Origin: a virus
Direction: 5' to 3' (one strand)
IMG/VR virus record: IMGVR_UViG_3300017987_000006
Coordinates: 114,260-178,259 of that record
Length of the DNA stretch: 64,000 nucleotides
Positions 29,060 to 39,146 of this stretch are shown piece after piece. Numbering within the stretch: position 1 is the stretch's first letter; each line of letters starts with the position of its first letter. The notes beneath the pieces are model-generated. The model was not told where the DNA came from, searched no databases, and worked only from the letters and a program-made list of their open reading frames with translations. A program made the translations under genes and the position numbers.

Positions 29060-30937
29060 ATGCTTGTCGACCTTGCCAAAAAACGCCGTATCGAGGCCAA
29101 CAGGATCGTCCCTGTGTCTTATGTGGCCCAGGTCGGGGCCGATGGTAAGACCTACTCTGAGCCGTACCTCGATTACGCTGACGGCCCAGATGGAGAATAC
29201 GGGGCCGGGGAAGAGGAGTACTACGACTTCGATGATGAGCCTCGTGACCCAACCGCAGAGGAGTTCGCGGCAGGTAACTTTATCTACAATGTGTCCCCGT
29301 CCGAGTTCACAGAGACGGCAATCAAGATCGCTACCAGCGGCAAGGCGTCTAACTTCTCCTTCACCGAGCGCCCCTACCTGGCCCGCATCTACAACACTAA
29401 CTCCCCGAGAACATTACTAAAATTCGCGCGACAGACTGAAAAGAGCACGACGCTCGGCAACAAAATGATCTGCTACGCCTGTTTGATCAACCACTTTCGG
29501 GCGCTCTATGTAGCGCCGTCGGCGGAGCAGGCCAAGACGTTTTCCAATGACCGTATCGCAGATGTGATCAATCTGTCTCCGTTAGTCAAGGCGTACACCA
29601 ACACATATCTGACCAACGCAGTCTTCCAGAAGAAGTTCATCAACTACTCCAACATCCGACTCCGTTACGCCTACTTAACGGCCGACCGTGTGAGAGGAAT
29701 CCCTGCGGACAAGATCGATATTGACGAGCTGCAGGACATCCTGGTCGACAACATTCCCGTCATCGAGGAGTGTGCATCGCACTCGGAGTGGAAGATCTTC
29801 ACCTATTCCGGGACGCCCAAGTCGCTTGACAACACCATCGAGCACTACTGGTCAAACTTCTCCACGCAGAACGAGTGGGTCGTTCCCTGTGATCGTCACG
29901 GTACGCCAAATAATCCTTCGTCGTGGCACTGGAATATTTTAGACGAGGACAACATCGGCAAGGATGGACTCGTCTGCGACAGGTGCCACGAGCCCATCGA
30001 CCCGAACCATCCGATGGCGCAGTGGGCCGCCATGCAGCCGATGACGGACGCCAACAAGGACAAGGTTACCTACGAGGGGTACCGCATTCCTCAGATCATG
30101 GTGCCGTGGATCTTGAACAAAAAGGACGGCTGGGCAAGCGTCCTGGAGAGACAGGAGCGGTACAGCCGGCAGAAGTTCTACAACGAGGTCCTAGGTATCA
30201 GCTATGATTCAGGAACACGTCCCATTACCAAGGCACAGCTCAAAGCGTGCTGTAGGCCGGAGATTAGACCTGGAGACTACGAGCACTTCAGGTCTGTCAC
30301 CGCGGGAACTGAGGTCTTCGCTGGATTGGATTGGGGTACGGGAGAGCAATCCTACACAGTGATCTCCCTTGGCGCATACATGGGAACTGGCAACTTTACG
30401 ATCTTTTGGATCCATCGCTTCACCGGAAAAGACCTGGAGCCTCCGGCACAGCTAGATCGTATCTGTACGATCTTAACCCAGTTCAATGTCAAGCTGTGTG
30501 GCTGTGACTACGGCGGCGGGTTTGATCGCAACGATCACCTCATCAGAGCCTTTGGCCCGCAGAAGGTGTTCAAGTTTCAATACAACAATAACCAAAAGAA
30601 GGGGAAGGTGTACTGGGAGGAACGCCTGCGAAGATTCGCTGTGCACCGCACAGAGGTGATGAGCGATGTATTCGGGGCGCTGGTAAGGAAGCAGATCGAC
30701 CTGCCGAACTGGGATGACTTCATAGAGCCGTACGGTCAGGACATCTTGAATATCTTCAGCGAGTACAATGAGACGACCAGGATGACCAAGTTCAACCACG
30801 CGCCGGGAACGACGGACGATTCGTTCCACTCGATCTTGTACTGCTTCCTCGCCTCTATGATCAGATTCCCGCGCCCAGACATTATGGCCGAGATGCAGGA
30901 CACAGGGGAAGACGACTATCCAAAGCGGAGGCGGTAG
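29060..30937 (+). CDS. Terminase large subunit (lambda GpA-like)
   Basis: RPYL..IY, ARQTEKST Walker A, IDIDELQD Walker B, SGTPKS, CxxH/CxxC, GLDWG RNase H-fold nuclease motif. Confidence 0.9.
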   Translation: MLVDLAKKRRIEANRIVPVSYVAQVGADGKTYSEPYLDYADGPDGEYGAGEEEYYDFDDEPRDPTAEEFAAGNFIYNVSPSEFTETAIKIATSGKASNFSFTERPYLARIYNTNSPRTLLKFARQTEKSTTLGNKMICYACLINHFRALYVAPSAEQAKTFSNDRIADVINLSPLVKAYTNTYLTNAVFQKKFINYSNIRLRYAYLTADRVRGIPADKIDIDELQDILVDNIPVIEECASHSEWKIFTYSGTPKSLDNTIEHYWSNFSTQNEWVVPCDRHGTPNNPSSWHWNILDEDNIGKDGLVCDRCHEPIDPNHPMAQWAAMQPMTDANKDKVTYEGYRIPQIMVPWILNKKDGWASVLERQERYSRQKFYNEVLGISYDSGTRPITKAQLKACCRPEIRPGDYEHFRSVTAGTEVFAGLDWGTGEQSYTVISLGAYMGTGNFTIFWIHRFTGKDLEPPAQLDRICTILTQFNVKLCGCDYGGGFDRNDHLIRAFGPQKVFKFQYNNNQKKGKVYWEERLRRFAVHRTEVMSDVFGALVRKQIDLPNWDDFIEPYGQDILNIFSEYNETTRMTKFNHAPGTTDDSFHSILYCFLASMIRFPRPDIMAEMQDTGEDDYPKRRR

Positions 30938-30966
30938 AGCTAAGGGGGTTTCTACGCCCCCCAACG

Positions 30967-30984
30967 CCCCCGCCGAAGCGGGGG
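30967..30984 (-). terminator. c(UUCG)g hairpin at 3' end of a minus-strand gene, between convergent genes
   Basis: CCCCCGC-TTCG-GCGGGGG on minus strand; no U tract. Confidence 0.5.
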
Positions 30985-30989
30985 ACGCT

Positions 30990-31364
30990 CTAGCCGAGCC
31001 ACTTCTCGGCGAACCTCGTGACGAGTCTGGTGCGCTCCCAGCCCGCCATCCTGCTGATTCCTTCGAGGGCGAACGCGCCGCCTCCGGCGAAGCCGGCGAC
31101 AGCCGCGATGGCCGTCAGCTTCGACTTCTTGTTCCCGCCCCACAGGGCAGACAGGATCTCACTGAACCCCTCCGGCTGCTGGCCGACGAGGAACCAGGCC
31201 TCGATCTTCCGGTAGTCCTTCTCGGACAACTTCGCCTTGGCCTCTTTGAGGAGGGAGTTTACGGTGATCTCCTCCTCCTCCAGCCCCTTTAGCACCTCGG
31301 GGAACTCCTCGACCATCTGCTCCAGCAGCGGCTTCTGATTTTTTCGCTCTTTCCTGGTGGGCAT
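30990..31364 (-). CDS. Small protein with C-terminal hydrophobic segment
   Basis: AAGGAG RBS; LTAIAAVAGFAGGGAFAL; GGGATAAG promoter variant at 31408-31415. Confidence 0.6.
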   Translation of the reverse strand: MPTRKERKNQKPLLEQMVEEFPEVLKGLEEEEITVNSLLKEAKAKLSEKDYRKIEAWFLVGQQPEGFSEILSALWGGNKKSKLTAIAAVAGFAGGGAFALEGISRMAGWERTRLVTRFAEKWLG

Positions 31365-31408
31365 GCCTCTTCTCCTTGTTAAAGTTTTGGGATTCCCAGA
31401 CACTATTC

Positions 31409-32185
31409 TTATCCCAGTTTTTTGATCCGATTTGCACCAGATGGGTGTTGGATCTCAGAGGCGATGTAGCGATCTAGGGAATCCTCGGACTCTCCGAAGG
31501 AGGCGATGTGGCGCATTCGTACTGGCCCCACCCTTGCTGCGTGATTCTCCGATAGGATGAGCGCTGCTCTGGACAGGCTCTTGCGAGCTTTCTCAAGTAC
31601 GCGGTACGCCTGCTGCTGCTCTGGGTTGCCGGAGAAACCCTTGCGGCGGCGGAGGGCGGACATGAGGCCCAGGCAGAGCTCGTGGAATGGGTGCCACGGC
31701 TCGTGGTCCTGGGTGGGGCCGACCATCCTCTCCAACTCTATCTCGCTGAGCTGCAGAAAGACGTCTGCCCAGTCCCGCATCTTATCAAGGGGGACCTGCG
31801 TTAGATCTATGTCGAGATAGTCCGCGGCCTCATCGTACAATTCTATCAGCTCAGCTGTGCTGGAATCACGAAGCCCGGAAACATTCAAATCGGCTACGCG
31901 CATGAGGAAGTCTAGCCGGTCTTCCATGCTCTGGAGTTTGACCTTTACTCCGTGAAGTAGATCCCACAGATCGGATAAGTTGAGCTTTTTCTGGCCCGCT
32001 TCTTTGAGAGCGCGCAGGTCTGCCTTTCTGATCCACCACTTTTTGCCGTGGCCTCTGATCTTGCGTACTCTCAAAATGCCTGCCGAGATGTAGTTCTCGA
32101 CAGTCCTGGTGGTCTTGTTCAAGAACTTGGCGGAATCGACCACAGTCAAGTACTCTTGGACACTTCCCATCGGTTTCCTCCACAT
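31409..32185 (-). CDS. Helix-turn-helix DNA-binding protein (excisionase/MerR-like N-terminus)
   Basis: YLTVVDSAKFLNKTTRTVENYISAGILRVRK...WWIRKADL. Confidence 0.7.
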   Translation of the reverse strand: MWRKPMGSVQEYLTVVDSAKFLNKTTRTVENYISAGILRVRKIRGHGKKWWIRKADLRALKEAGQKKLNLSDLWDLLHGVKVKLQSMEDRLDFLMRVADLNVSGLRDSSTAELIELYDEAADYLDIDLTQVPLDKMRDWADVFLQLSEIELERMVGPTQDHEPWHPFHELCLGLMSALRRRKGFSGNPEQQQAYRVLEKARKSLSRAALILSENHAARVGPVRMRHIASFGESEDSLDRYIASEIQHPSGANRIKKLG

Positions 32186-32228
32186 GCTACTCTCCATAAG
32201 TACCAACTGGACCGAATCGCGGCAAGAA

Positions 32229-32257
32229 TTGACCGATCTGTTTTTGGGGCGTAGTAT
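32229..32257 (+). promoter_or_regulatory. Sigma70-like promoter of the head/tail operon
   Basis: TTGACC-17 nt-TAGTAT upstream of 32278. Confidence 0.7.
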
Positions 32258-32277
32258 TTGCTCCTTGAGAGGTGAAC

Positions 32278-33438
32278 ATGCCAAGCACCAGGGATGAGGG
32301 CTCGATCCCCCAGGGTATTCTCGAGCAGGCGTCAGCCAAAAGTGTTGATCCCGCTCATCTTCAGTTTCTAGGCAAGCAGGCCGCCGCGCTCTACGCCGAA
32401 AACAAGACGAAGCTGTCCGAGGCCGTCGTCAACGTCATCGGTAGAGAGGACCTCGGCCCCGAACACACACGCCGTGTGTGCGAGTTCGCCAACCAAGCCG
32501 CCTTCCAGAACGAGTGGGAAAAGGGCGGCTCCGTGCGTAACATCGAGTTCGAGGGCGGGGTGGCAGATCCATCCGAGGTCTTGAAAGAGATGCACGATGG
32601 GGCCAGGGACGATGCCGTCCGCGTGAGCTCGGACTACGATGCTCCGCCCCCGGCACGTGAGCGGGCGGACAGCTCGGTGGAGAATGAGATCTTCGGCAAG
32701 TACGCGCAGGCCAGCGTGCATCCATCGGAGGTCCCCTCCGGCATGCCGGACCTGTACGCTCTGCGGACGTCAATCAATGGGGCACAAGATCACATCCACT
32801 CCAAGATCTCAGGCCTCGAGGTCACCAAGGAGGCCGTGGAACGCGACCTGGGCGATGAGGTCTGCAACGCGGTCTTGAATGGCTCCAGCCTGTACAAGAT
32901 CGGCAGCGCCTGGACGAACTACACCGATCGGCCGGAGGTTTTTGAGGATGCCATGTCCGTTTCGATCTCCAGGATGGCCGAGCGCGGCGTGACCAAGAAC
33001 ACTCAAGAGGTCGAGAAGCTGGCCTCCCCGTCCGCTGTCGGTACGCTCCCGAACCCGAAGCACCCCGTCATCTCCCGCTTCGTGGAGTTCGTGAAGATCG
33101 CTACGGAGCTACACAAGCTCAAGGGCGCTCAGGACGTCCTCAGTGAAAAGACAGTCGAGGTGAACGAGGCAATCAAAGAGGCGGAGGGAGGAAAGGGCGG
33201 GCTACTCAAGGGACTGTATGCCGCGGGGAAGGGCGCACACAAGGCGTACTGGGGAGCGGGCAAGAAGATGTCCCAGGAGATGGCCAAGGCTGGTATCGAG
33301 AGCCCGACGGCGCACCTGTTAGCGAAGGCTGCGCCCACCGCGGGGGCAGTGGTCGCTGGGAAGGCGGCGTACGATTCTCCAACCGGTCAGCGCATCCGGT
33401 GGAAGATCCAAGATGCGGAATACCAAGATGCGGAATAG
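32278..33438 (+). CDS. Putative head/internal virion protein
   Basis: RRVCEFANQAAF; GKQAA, GKYAQ, EKLAS, VKIAT, IKEAE. Confidence 0.6.
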   Translation: MPSTRDEGSIPQGILEQASAKSVDPAHLQFLGKQAAALYAENKTKLSEAVVNVIGREDLGPEHTRRVCEFANQAAFQNEWEKGGSVRNIEFEGGVADPSEVLKEMHDGARDDAVRVSSDYDAPPPARERADSSVENEIFGKYAQASVHPSEVPSGMPDLYALRTSINGAQDHIHSKISGLEVTKEAVERDLGDEVCNAVLNGSSLYKIGSAWTNYTDRPEVFEDAMSVSISRMAERGVTKNTQEVEKLASPSAVGTLPNPKHPVISRFVEFVKIATELHKLKGAQDVLSEKTVEVNEAIKEAEGGKGGLLKGLYAAGKGAHKAYWGAGKKMSQEMAKAGIESPTAHLLAKAAPTAGAVVAGKAAYDSPTGQRIRWKIQDAEYQDAE

Positions 33439-33447
33439 AGGCGAACC

Positions 33448-34044
33448 ATGGAAGACGACGTCAGGTCAGCCCTACGGGGCTTGAATGAAGAGCGGGCCAA
33501 GGTGGCCTCTACCAAGGCTGCCAGCCTGTGGCAGGGGTTCAAAGCCGCGCTCACTCCCGTGCTCAAGGACACTGCCGCTTCAGCCACAGCTGCGGCCGCC
33601 ATCACGGCAGCCGGATACGGGGCGAAGAAAGGCTTCGATGCCATCCACGAGCGTGTCATGAAGCCCCGGGCGTTTCGCACCATGGTGGAAGAAAATCCGT
33701 TCCTGAAGAAGAGGAACCAAAAAGACGTTCAGCGCACGTTCAACACGCTGTACGCGCTGAATCCGAAGATGGCGAAAGACCCGCTCATCGCCGGCGGGTT
33801 TGTCGGCAAGCATACCGAGCGAACCGAAGTCGAGGACATGGGAGCCTATGTCGATCCACGCTCGGCCTCTCTTATGGCCGACATCGGTGGACGTCGCAAG
33901 GAACCTGTCTTCGAGGCGTTCACCGCCAGGGCGGTAAAGCCGCGCGAGCCGAAAGAAGGACACTACTGGTCCAAACAACCGGTCCAGCCGGCGGGACCCA
34001 AGAAGGTCTTCATGACCAGGAACGATCGACGCGGCCGAAGGTAG
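33448..34044 (+). CDS. Putative internal virion protein
   Basis: KVASTKAAS; Ala-rich hydrophobic stretch. Confidence 0.55.
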   Translation: MEDDVRSALRGLNEERAKVASTKAASLWQGFKAALTPVLKDTAASATAAAAITAAGYGAKKGFDAIHERVMKPRAFRTMVEENPFLKKRNQKDVQRTFNTLYALNPKMAKDPLIAGGFVGKHTERTEVEDMGAYVDPRSASLMADIGGRRKEPVFEAFTARAVKPREPKEGHYWSKQPVQPAGPKKVFMTRNDRRGRR

Positions 34045-35916
34045 ATGAACTCGCTCCACCCATTGCTCGATAACGAGCCGGGCCTGATCAAAGTCTGTCA
34101 GTACCCGGCTATCGATGAGCACGGACAGCAGCTCGTCGAGTTCCTCCACCATCCAGACCAGCTGCACCACAGCTACATGGATAAGGTGGCGGCCCCGTTT
34201 CTTCCGGCAGTAAGGGAGTATATTGATCGGCTGAAGCCCGATGCGAACAGCATCTACGCTCTGGTCAACGCGCTTGGCGCGTACGAGTACTGGAGTAGCA
34301 ATACGAATGGCGACGCATTTGAAGAAGAGATGCTGATTCATCGTGGACCTGTTTGGGGATACGAAACGTTTCAGATTTATGCGCGGCCATTCATGCACCA
34401 CGCAAATAAGCAACCCAACGCTCGAGCCTTCGGGTCAGTGGAGCTGTCAGCGTGGAACCCCAACATGCACCGCATCGAGCTGGTCTGTCGCCTCGATCGT
34501 AAAGAAGCGGTGAAGGTAAACGCCACGCGCGTCATCGACAAGATCGATCACGGCGAGCTTCCTGAAACCAGCATGGGAACCAAAGTCCCCTACGATTTGT
34601 CATCCATAACCACAGACTGGGAGACCTACCGCAAGGCCCTGGCCACGTTTGATCCCGGCAGGCATAGGCATCCAGGCGTCGCCGCGTTGATCTATCATAA
34701 GACAGTGCGGCCGATCAGAGGTCTATCCATCACCAGGGACGACTACGACGAGTACTGCCAGAACAGGATGAACGAGATCTTACCGGATGGCCGGAAGGTC
34801 TTCGTCTACAACCCGTTCCCGCGATTCTTCGATATCTCCTTCGTCTTTATTGGCGCGGAGAAGCAGTCGAAGATGATGGCAAAGCTGGCCTCGGCCATGG
34901 GGCGGGCAATGATCGCCGTACCAGCCAACTACACCAGCACTGAGATAGATCAACCGAGAACTCATAAGGGGTTTGAGAAGGTGGCCGGGGTCGACTTCCA
35001 GCGATCTCGCGAGCGGCTCAGAAGCCTACGTGAAAAAAAGGCTTCCCAAAAGAAGCTCGCGGAGATTATAAAGGACGTCGTGCCTTCGCAATTCATGTCC
35101 AGAGCCGTTCCGATATTGGAGGATAGAGAGCCGGACTTGTCGCGAGAGGCACTTGATCGGATGTCGGAATGTTCACTGAACGAATCCTTGTCAACGCCCA
35201 CCATGATGGGAATCACGCTGAAGCCGCGGGAGTTTCAGCGTATCGTGGTCTGCCGCCTCGGGAGGGGGGACATGGCGGACAGGCTGGACCAGGAGGGGAA
35301 GATCTTCCGGGACGTGGACGATGTGGACAAATCGATCTCGATCGGACCGGGATTCATCAACAGGCTGTTGGCTGGCTTGTTGAAGGGATATGTGGGGGAC
35401 CGGAGCGCCTTTGGTCCGCCTTTGGCGCGCCGTATGATGCGGATTACCATTGTGGGCAAGCCGGCAGCAGACGAGTCTCCAGCGGAAGAACTGGAAGACA
35501 AGTTGCTAGACAAGGTCGCGGCTGCTTATAATGGCTATCGTGAGCAGGTGATCGAGAAGATCGCCGAGATGAGCAACGAACTTGAGCGGTACCCAGACGT
35601 AAAAGCTGAGGTACTCGGAAGGGACGAGACGGACATATTCGCTGGCCGGGAAAAGCTCGCTGCCGGGATCAACCCCAAGTTGTTGGTGGGGGCGATTCCG
35701 GCCACGTACCTTCTCTCGGCGCTGGCACGCAGAAAGGTCAGAAGCTCGGCGTGGACGGGCAAAGCCCCTGGGCTCCTCACGGAGTTCTTGGGCGACCATC
35801 CACACCTTGCGGCGACCGCGGTTGGTTTGACAGCACTGAAGGCGTCCGGATCGAAGATCCCTGACAAGATACTGAAAGGAGCACTCGACCTCGGAAAGAG
35901 GTTAGCCACAGGTTGA
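34045..35916 (+). CDS. Putative prohead maturation protease with C-terminal extension
   Basis: NTNGDAF, PFMHHANK (His), TSMG (Ser), FFDISFV pattern of phage head serine proteases; upstream of scaffold-like and capsid genes. Confidence 0.6.
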   Translation: MNSLHPLLDNEPGLIKVCQYPAIDEHGQQLVEFLHHPDQLHHSYMDKVAAPFLPAVREYIDRLKPDANSIYALVNALGAYEYWSSNTNGDAFEEEMLIHRGPVWGYETFQIYARPFMHHANKQPNARAFGSVELSAWNPNMHRIELVCRLDRKEAVKVNATRVIDKIDHGELPETSMGTKVPYDLSSITTDWETYRKALATFDPGRHRHPGVAALIYHKTVRPIRGLSITRDDYDEYCQNRMNEILPDGRKVFVYNPFPRFFDISFVFIGAEKQSKMMAKLASAMGRAMIAVPANYTSTEIDQPRTHKGFEKVAGVDFQRSRERLRSLREKKASQKKLAEIIKDVVPSQFMSRAVPILEDREPDLSREALDRMSECSLNESLSTPTMMGITLKPREFQRIVVCRLGRGDMADRLDQEGKIFRDVDDVDKSISIGPGFINRLLAGLLKGYVGDRSAFGPPLARRMMRITIVGKPAADESPAEELEDKLLDKVAAAYNGYREQVIEKIAEMSNELERYPDVKAEVLGRDETDIFAGREKLAAGINPKLLVGAIPATYLLSALARRKVRSSAWTGKAPGLLTEFLGDHPHLAATAVGLTALKASGSKIPDKILKGALDLGKRLATG

Positions 35917-35994
35917 CGTGAGAGGCTTCGTACCTTGATGACTTCGTCGCCGTTTGGAGAAGTAACAGACATCTGATCCAACAGGAGAAAGAAA

Positions 35995-36795
35995 ATGAAC
36001 GAATTCCTGGCCGAACTGTACGGCACGAACGAAATCATCAATGACGAGCCCGATCTCGAGAAGACCGCCGCGGAGGAGTTTCTGGTGAAGCTGGCCGCGG
36101 AGGAGGGCGTGGACCTGGACGATCTGAGCGACGAGCAGATCGGCGAGCTGCTCGAGGGCATCGAGGGCGAGATGGGCAAGCAGGCTTCGGCCGAGACCGA
36201 TGTCGAAGACGAGGCCCAGGAGAAGCTGGCCGAGGCCGACTTCATGGGTCGCGCGATGGCGCACGCCTACGTGAACGAGCTGGCCGAGATCGAGAAGCAG
36301 GCCGGGCTGGCCAGCCACCTGTCGAATGTCGTCAAGGAGAAGGGCGTCGGAGAAGCCATCAAGGAGCTGGGGCGCAGCCAGAAGCAAGCGCTGGTATCCG
36401 GTGCCCGCTCCGGTAAGGCCTTGGTCACCGGCAAGCTCCCAGACAAAGCCGCTAAAAGAGGCGGAAAGTATCTGGGTGTTGGCATCAAGCGCCGCAAGGA
36501 TGAAGGGGTGCGGGGCATGGCACTCCGCGCTCTCGGTCGTTCGGCTCAAACGGCAGCCCCGACCTTAGCAGCCGGTACAGCAGGGATCGGCGCTGCAGGA
36601 TACGGCTTGTCCAGCATGGGCAAGAACAAGAAGGCGTCCGATGAGGACTTCGAGCAGCTCGCGCAGCAGCGCGCCTATGAGATGCTCGAAGAAGCCGGCT
36701 ACGACGTCGAGAAGCAGGCTGAGGCTGACACCGCAGCGGCCATCGATGCGCGGGCGCTCGAGATGCTCGAGGCCGCGGGTTACCCCGTCGAGTAG
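35995..36795 (+). CDS. Acidic scaffold-like/internal head protein
   Basis: EKTAAEEF, ADFMGRAMAHAYVNELAEIEKQA; strong codon bias. Confidence 0.55.
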   Translation: MNEFLAELYGTNEIINDEPDLEKTAAEEFLVKLAAEEGVDLDDLSDEQIGELLEGIEGEMGKQASAETDVEDEAQEKLAEADFMGRAMAHAYVNELAEIEKQAGLASHLSNVVKEKGVGEAIKELGRSQKQALVSGARSGKALVTGKLPDKAAKRGGKYLGVGIKRRKDEGVRGMALRALGRSAQTAAPTLAAGTAGIGAAGYGLSSMGKNKKASDEDFEQLAQQRAYEMLEEAGYDVEKQAEADTAAAIDARALEMLEAAGYPVE

Positions 36796-36838
36796 CACCT
36801 GATCGTGGGGGGCCTGCGGGTCCCCCGCGGTTAGTGCT
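36794..36838 (+). terminator. Long hairpin with c(UGCG)g loop (processing, stabilising or terminator element)
   Basis: AGCA-C-CTGAT-CGTGGGGGGCC[TGCG]GGTCCCCCGCG-GTTAG-TGCT. Confidence 0.5.
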
Positions 36839-36852
36839 CTTGGTCTTGGACT

Positions 36853-37104
36853 GTGGACCCGGCTGTGCTTACAGCGTTCTATGACGAGCTCGAGAAGATT
36901 GGGGCGGACGAGTCTGCGCCGAAGAAGACGTTCGAGTTCAAGCCTCCGGTCGCGCCACAACAGCTCAAGCCCAAGAGCATTAACCCAAGGACGAGAACTG
37001 GATCGGGCATGGGTTACACCAGGTCCAATGTGGAGGCCCCGGGAACGGACGTGTCGATAACGATGCAACAGAAGACGTTACCGCCACCATCGGCCCGGGC
37101 ATAA
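36853..37104 (+). CDS. Small DELEKI-motif protein
   Basis: LTAFYDELEKIGA. Confidence 0.6.
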   Translation: MDPAVLTAFYDELEKIGADESAPKKTFEFKPPVAPQQLKPKSINPRTRTGSGMGYTRSNVEAPGTDVSITMQQKTLPPPSARA

Positions 37105-37117
37105 AAAGGAGAACGAC

Positions 37118-38218
37118 ATGCGTCTTACCCTGCAGGAAATGATCTCTGGGGCTATCGCGGAGGCCACCGAGAGGGAGAAGCTGGCGCAGGCCGGCGAGGA
37201 AGTCTCCGAGGAGGAGAAGAAAAAGGCCGAGGAGAAGAAAAAGGCCGAGGAGGCCAAAAAGGCGGCAATGGAGGGAGAGCCGAAGGAGAGCGCGGGGTAC
37301 AAGTGCGCGTCGGTCTCCACCGAGCTGGTGGAGAAGTTGGCCTCGGCCCAGGAGTACATCAACTCCAACCTGTCCGCCGTCGAGTGGGACAAGGTAGCGG
37401 TCGGTGAGGGCCTCGGGACACAGGCTGGCAATGCCCCGGCCCCGCAGGTTGGCCCGGGCACCGGCCCCGGATCGGACCTGCAGACCAACATGGAGTCCCC
37501 CGTGGCGGGACTCCAGTCGACCCAGACGGGTCAGGCGAAGAACAACCAGCCCGAGCCTGATGGCGCTACCGACAATGCGTCCAAGGCGGATGGTCAGACC
37601 AACGCCGCCACGGCGATGCAGACCGACATGACCGATGTGCCTGGGGGCACCGGCATGCAGCCCCAGCTGCAGGAGAAGTCCGCGGCTGTGAAGCGGGCGC
37701 GTGCCCTGTGGAGCCGTGTCAAGACGGCGGCGGACGCGGAGAACCCCGCGAAGATCGACGCGGGCAGCGAGCCGCTCGAGAACCCCAACGCCTCGGCTTC
37801 GGAGGAGGGTGTCCCCTCTCAGCCGGCGGCGGCGACCAGTCAAAGCAAGATGGTGGCTTCTAACGAGGCGGCCACCAACTACACCAAAGGAGATGCGAAG
37901 GCGGAGCCCAAAAAGCAGATGGGTGAGGTGATCACCGAGCCAGCCCAGAAGAAGTCAACGGATCCGGTCCTTCAGGAGAACCTGGCGGCAACCTCTCAGG
38001 CGGGTGTGAAGATCGCAGCCGTCAAGGCGGCGGCACGCCGGGCATATCTGCGCAAGATCGCGCAGGCCGGGGAAGCGGAAGATGCGACTCCGGAAGAGAA
38101 GGAAAAGGCCCAGAAGCTCAAGGAAGCTCTGGCCAAGAAGCAGGCCGAAGGTAAGGAGAAGGAGAGTCAGATGATGCCTCCGACTCCGATGCCGTCGCCC
38201 ACCACCCCCATGATGTAA
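37118..38218 (+). CDS. Putative scaffolding/internal head protein (low complexity)
   Basis: AGGAG RBS; E/K/A-rich; many K-x-A sites. Confidence 0.55.
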   Translation: MRLTLQEMISGAIAEATEREKLAQAGEEVSEEEKKKAEEKKKAEEAKKAAMEGEPKESAGYKCASVSTELVEKLASAQEYINSNLSAVEWDKVAVGEGLGTQAGNAPAPQVGPGTGPGSDLQTNMESPVAGLQSTQTGQAKNNQPEPDGATDNASKADGQTNAATAMQTDMTDVPGGTGMQPQLQEKSAAVKRARALWSRVKTAADAENPAKIDAGSEPLENPNASASEEGVPSQPAAATSQSKMVASNEAATNYTKGDAKAEPKKQMGEVITEPAQKKSTDPVLQENLAATSQAGVKIAAVKAAARRAYLRKIAQAGEAEDATPEEKEKAQKLKEALAKKQAEGKEKESQMMPPTPMPSPTTPMM

Positions 38219-38236
38219 CCGGGAAGGAGATCAACG

Positions 38237-38623
38237 ATGGAGAAGATCAGTTCACAGAAGGTCGCAGCCGTCATGGCCACCATCCCGGGCGTCTTGCGGT
38301 CTCTCGCCAAGGAGCGCGACGAGCTCCTGGAGAAGAACGCAGCTCTGCAGAGCAAGGTCGTCGACTATGAGCGTCGAGCTCGAGTAGACGGTCTGGCCAA
38401 GATGGCCTCGGACAAGCATCTCGATTCGCTCGGGGAGACCCACGAGGAGAAGATCGCGACGATCGAGACCGCCATCGAGCAGGGCAAATCCCTGGATGTC
38501 ATGGAGGAGGCCGTGAAGATGTCGGCCGCCCACATGTCACTCGGGGAGGTGAGCGGGGACGAAATCTCCGCAGGTGGTGGCGACTCGCAGCTGGAGGCCT
38601 ATCTTCGCGGCGAGATCGACTGA
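38237..38623 (+). CDS. Putative scaffold protein (coiled coil)
   Basis: Coiled coil, acidic C-terminus, just upstream of capsid genes. Confidence 0.5.
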   Translation: MEKISSQKVAAVMATIPGVLRSLAKERDELLEKNAALQSKVVDYERRARVDGLAKMASDKHLDSLGETHEEKIATIETAIEQGKSLDVMEEAVKMSAAHMSLGEVSGDEISAGGGDSQLEAYLRGEID

Positions 38624-38675
38624 AGACGGAAGGGCACAAAACGAACGTTGACACAAACTCAGAAGGAGAAGGCAA

Positions 38676-39134
38676 ATGGCAGTTGAGAACTTCAGGCTCC
38701 ACTCTCCCGTAGAGAAGCTGGAGCGCCGAGACATGCCGCTGGCCGACACCACGCTGACCAACCCCAACAACGCGAACCCGCTGCTGATGGGGGAGTTCAT
38801 GGAGCTCGACTCGACCAACCCGAAGAAGGTCGTGAGGGCGTCCGGGGACTACCTCTGCTGGGCGCTGTTCTCGGAGAGGGGTCGGACGGACGTGCAGGCG
38901 GCGCGGAAGGTCCCCCTGTTGTACATGGGGACCTACGAAGCAGACACCCTGATCTTCGACGACACGGCTCTGACCCACGGGGCGGCGCTGATGGTGACGG
39001 ACGTGACCATCGCCACCCTGACCAAGTCGGGCCTGAAGCTGCACGGCGGCGGCACCGAGCTGATCGTGGGATACGTCATGCGTCTCCCGTCGGTCAACGG
39101 CGACAAGCTCCGCTTCATGCAGACGCTGGTGTAA
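38676..39134 (+). CDS. Putative head decoration/cement protein
   Basis: 152 aa immediately before MCP, extreme GC3 bias. Confidence 0.55.
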   Translation: MAVENFRLHSPVEKLERRDMPLADTTLTNPNNANPLLMGEFMELDSTNPKKVVRASGDYLCWALFSERGRTDVQAARKVPLLYMGTYEADTLIFDDTALTHGAALMVTDVTIATLTKSGLKLHGGGTELIVGYVMRLPSVNGDKLRFMQTLV

Positions 39135-39146
39135 AGGAGGAGAACG

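Noticed and set aside
37207-37255. 18-nt tandem repeat GAGGAGAAGAAAAAGGCC
   Set aside because: Encodes EEKKKA low-complexity linker; not a CRISPR or regulatory array
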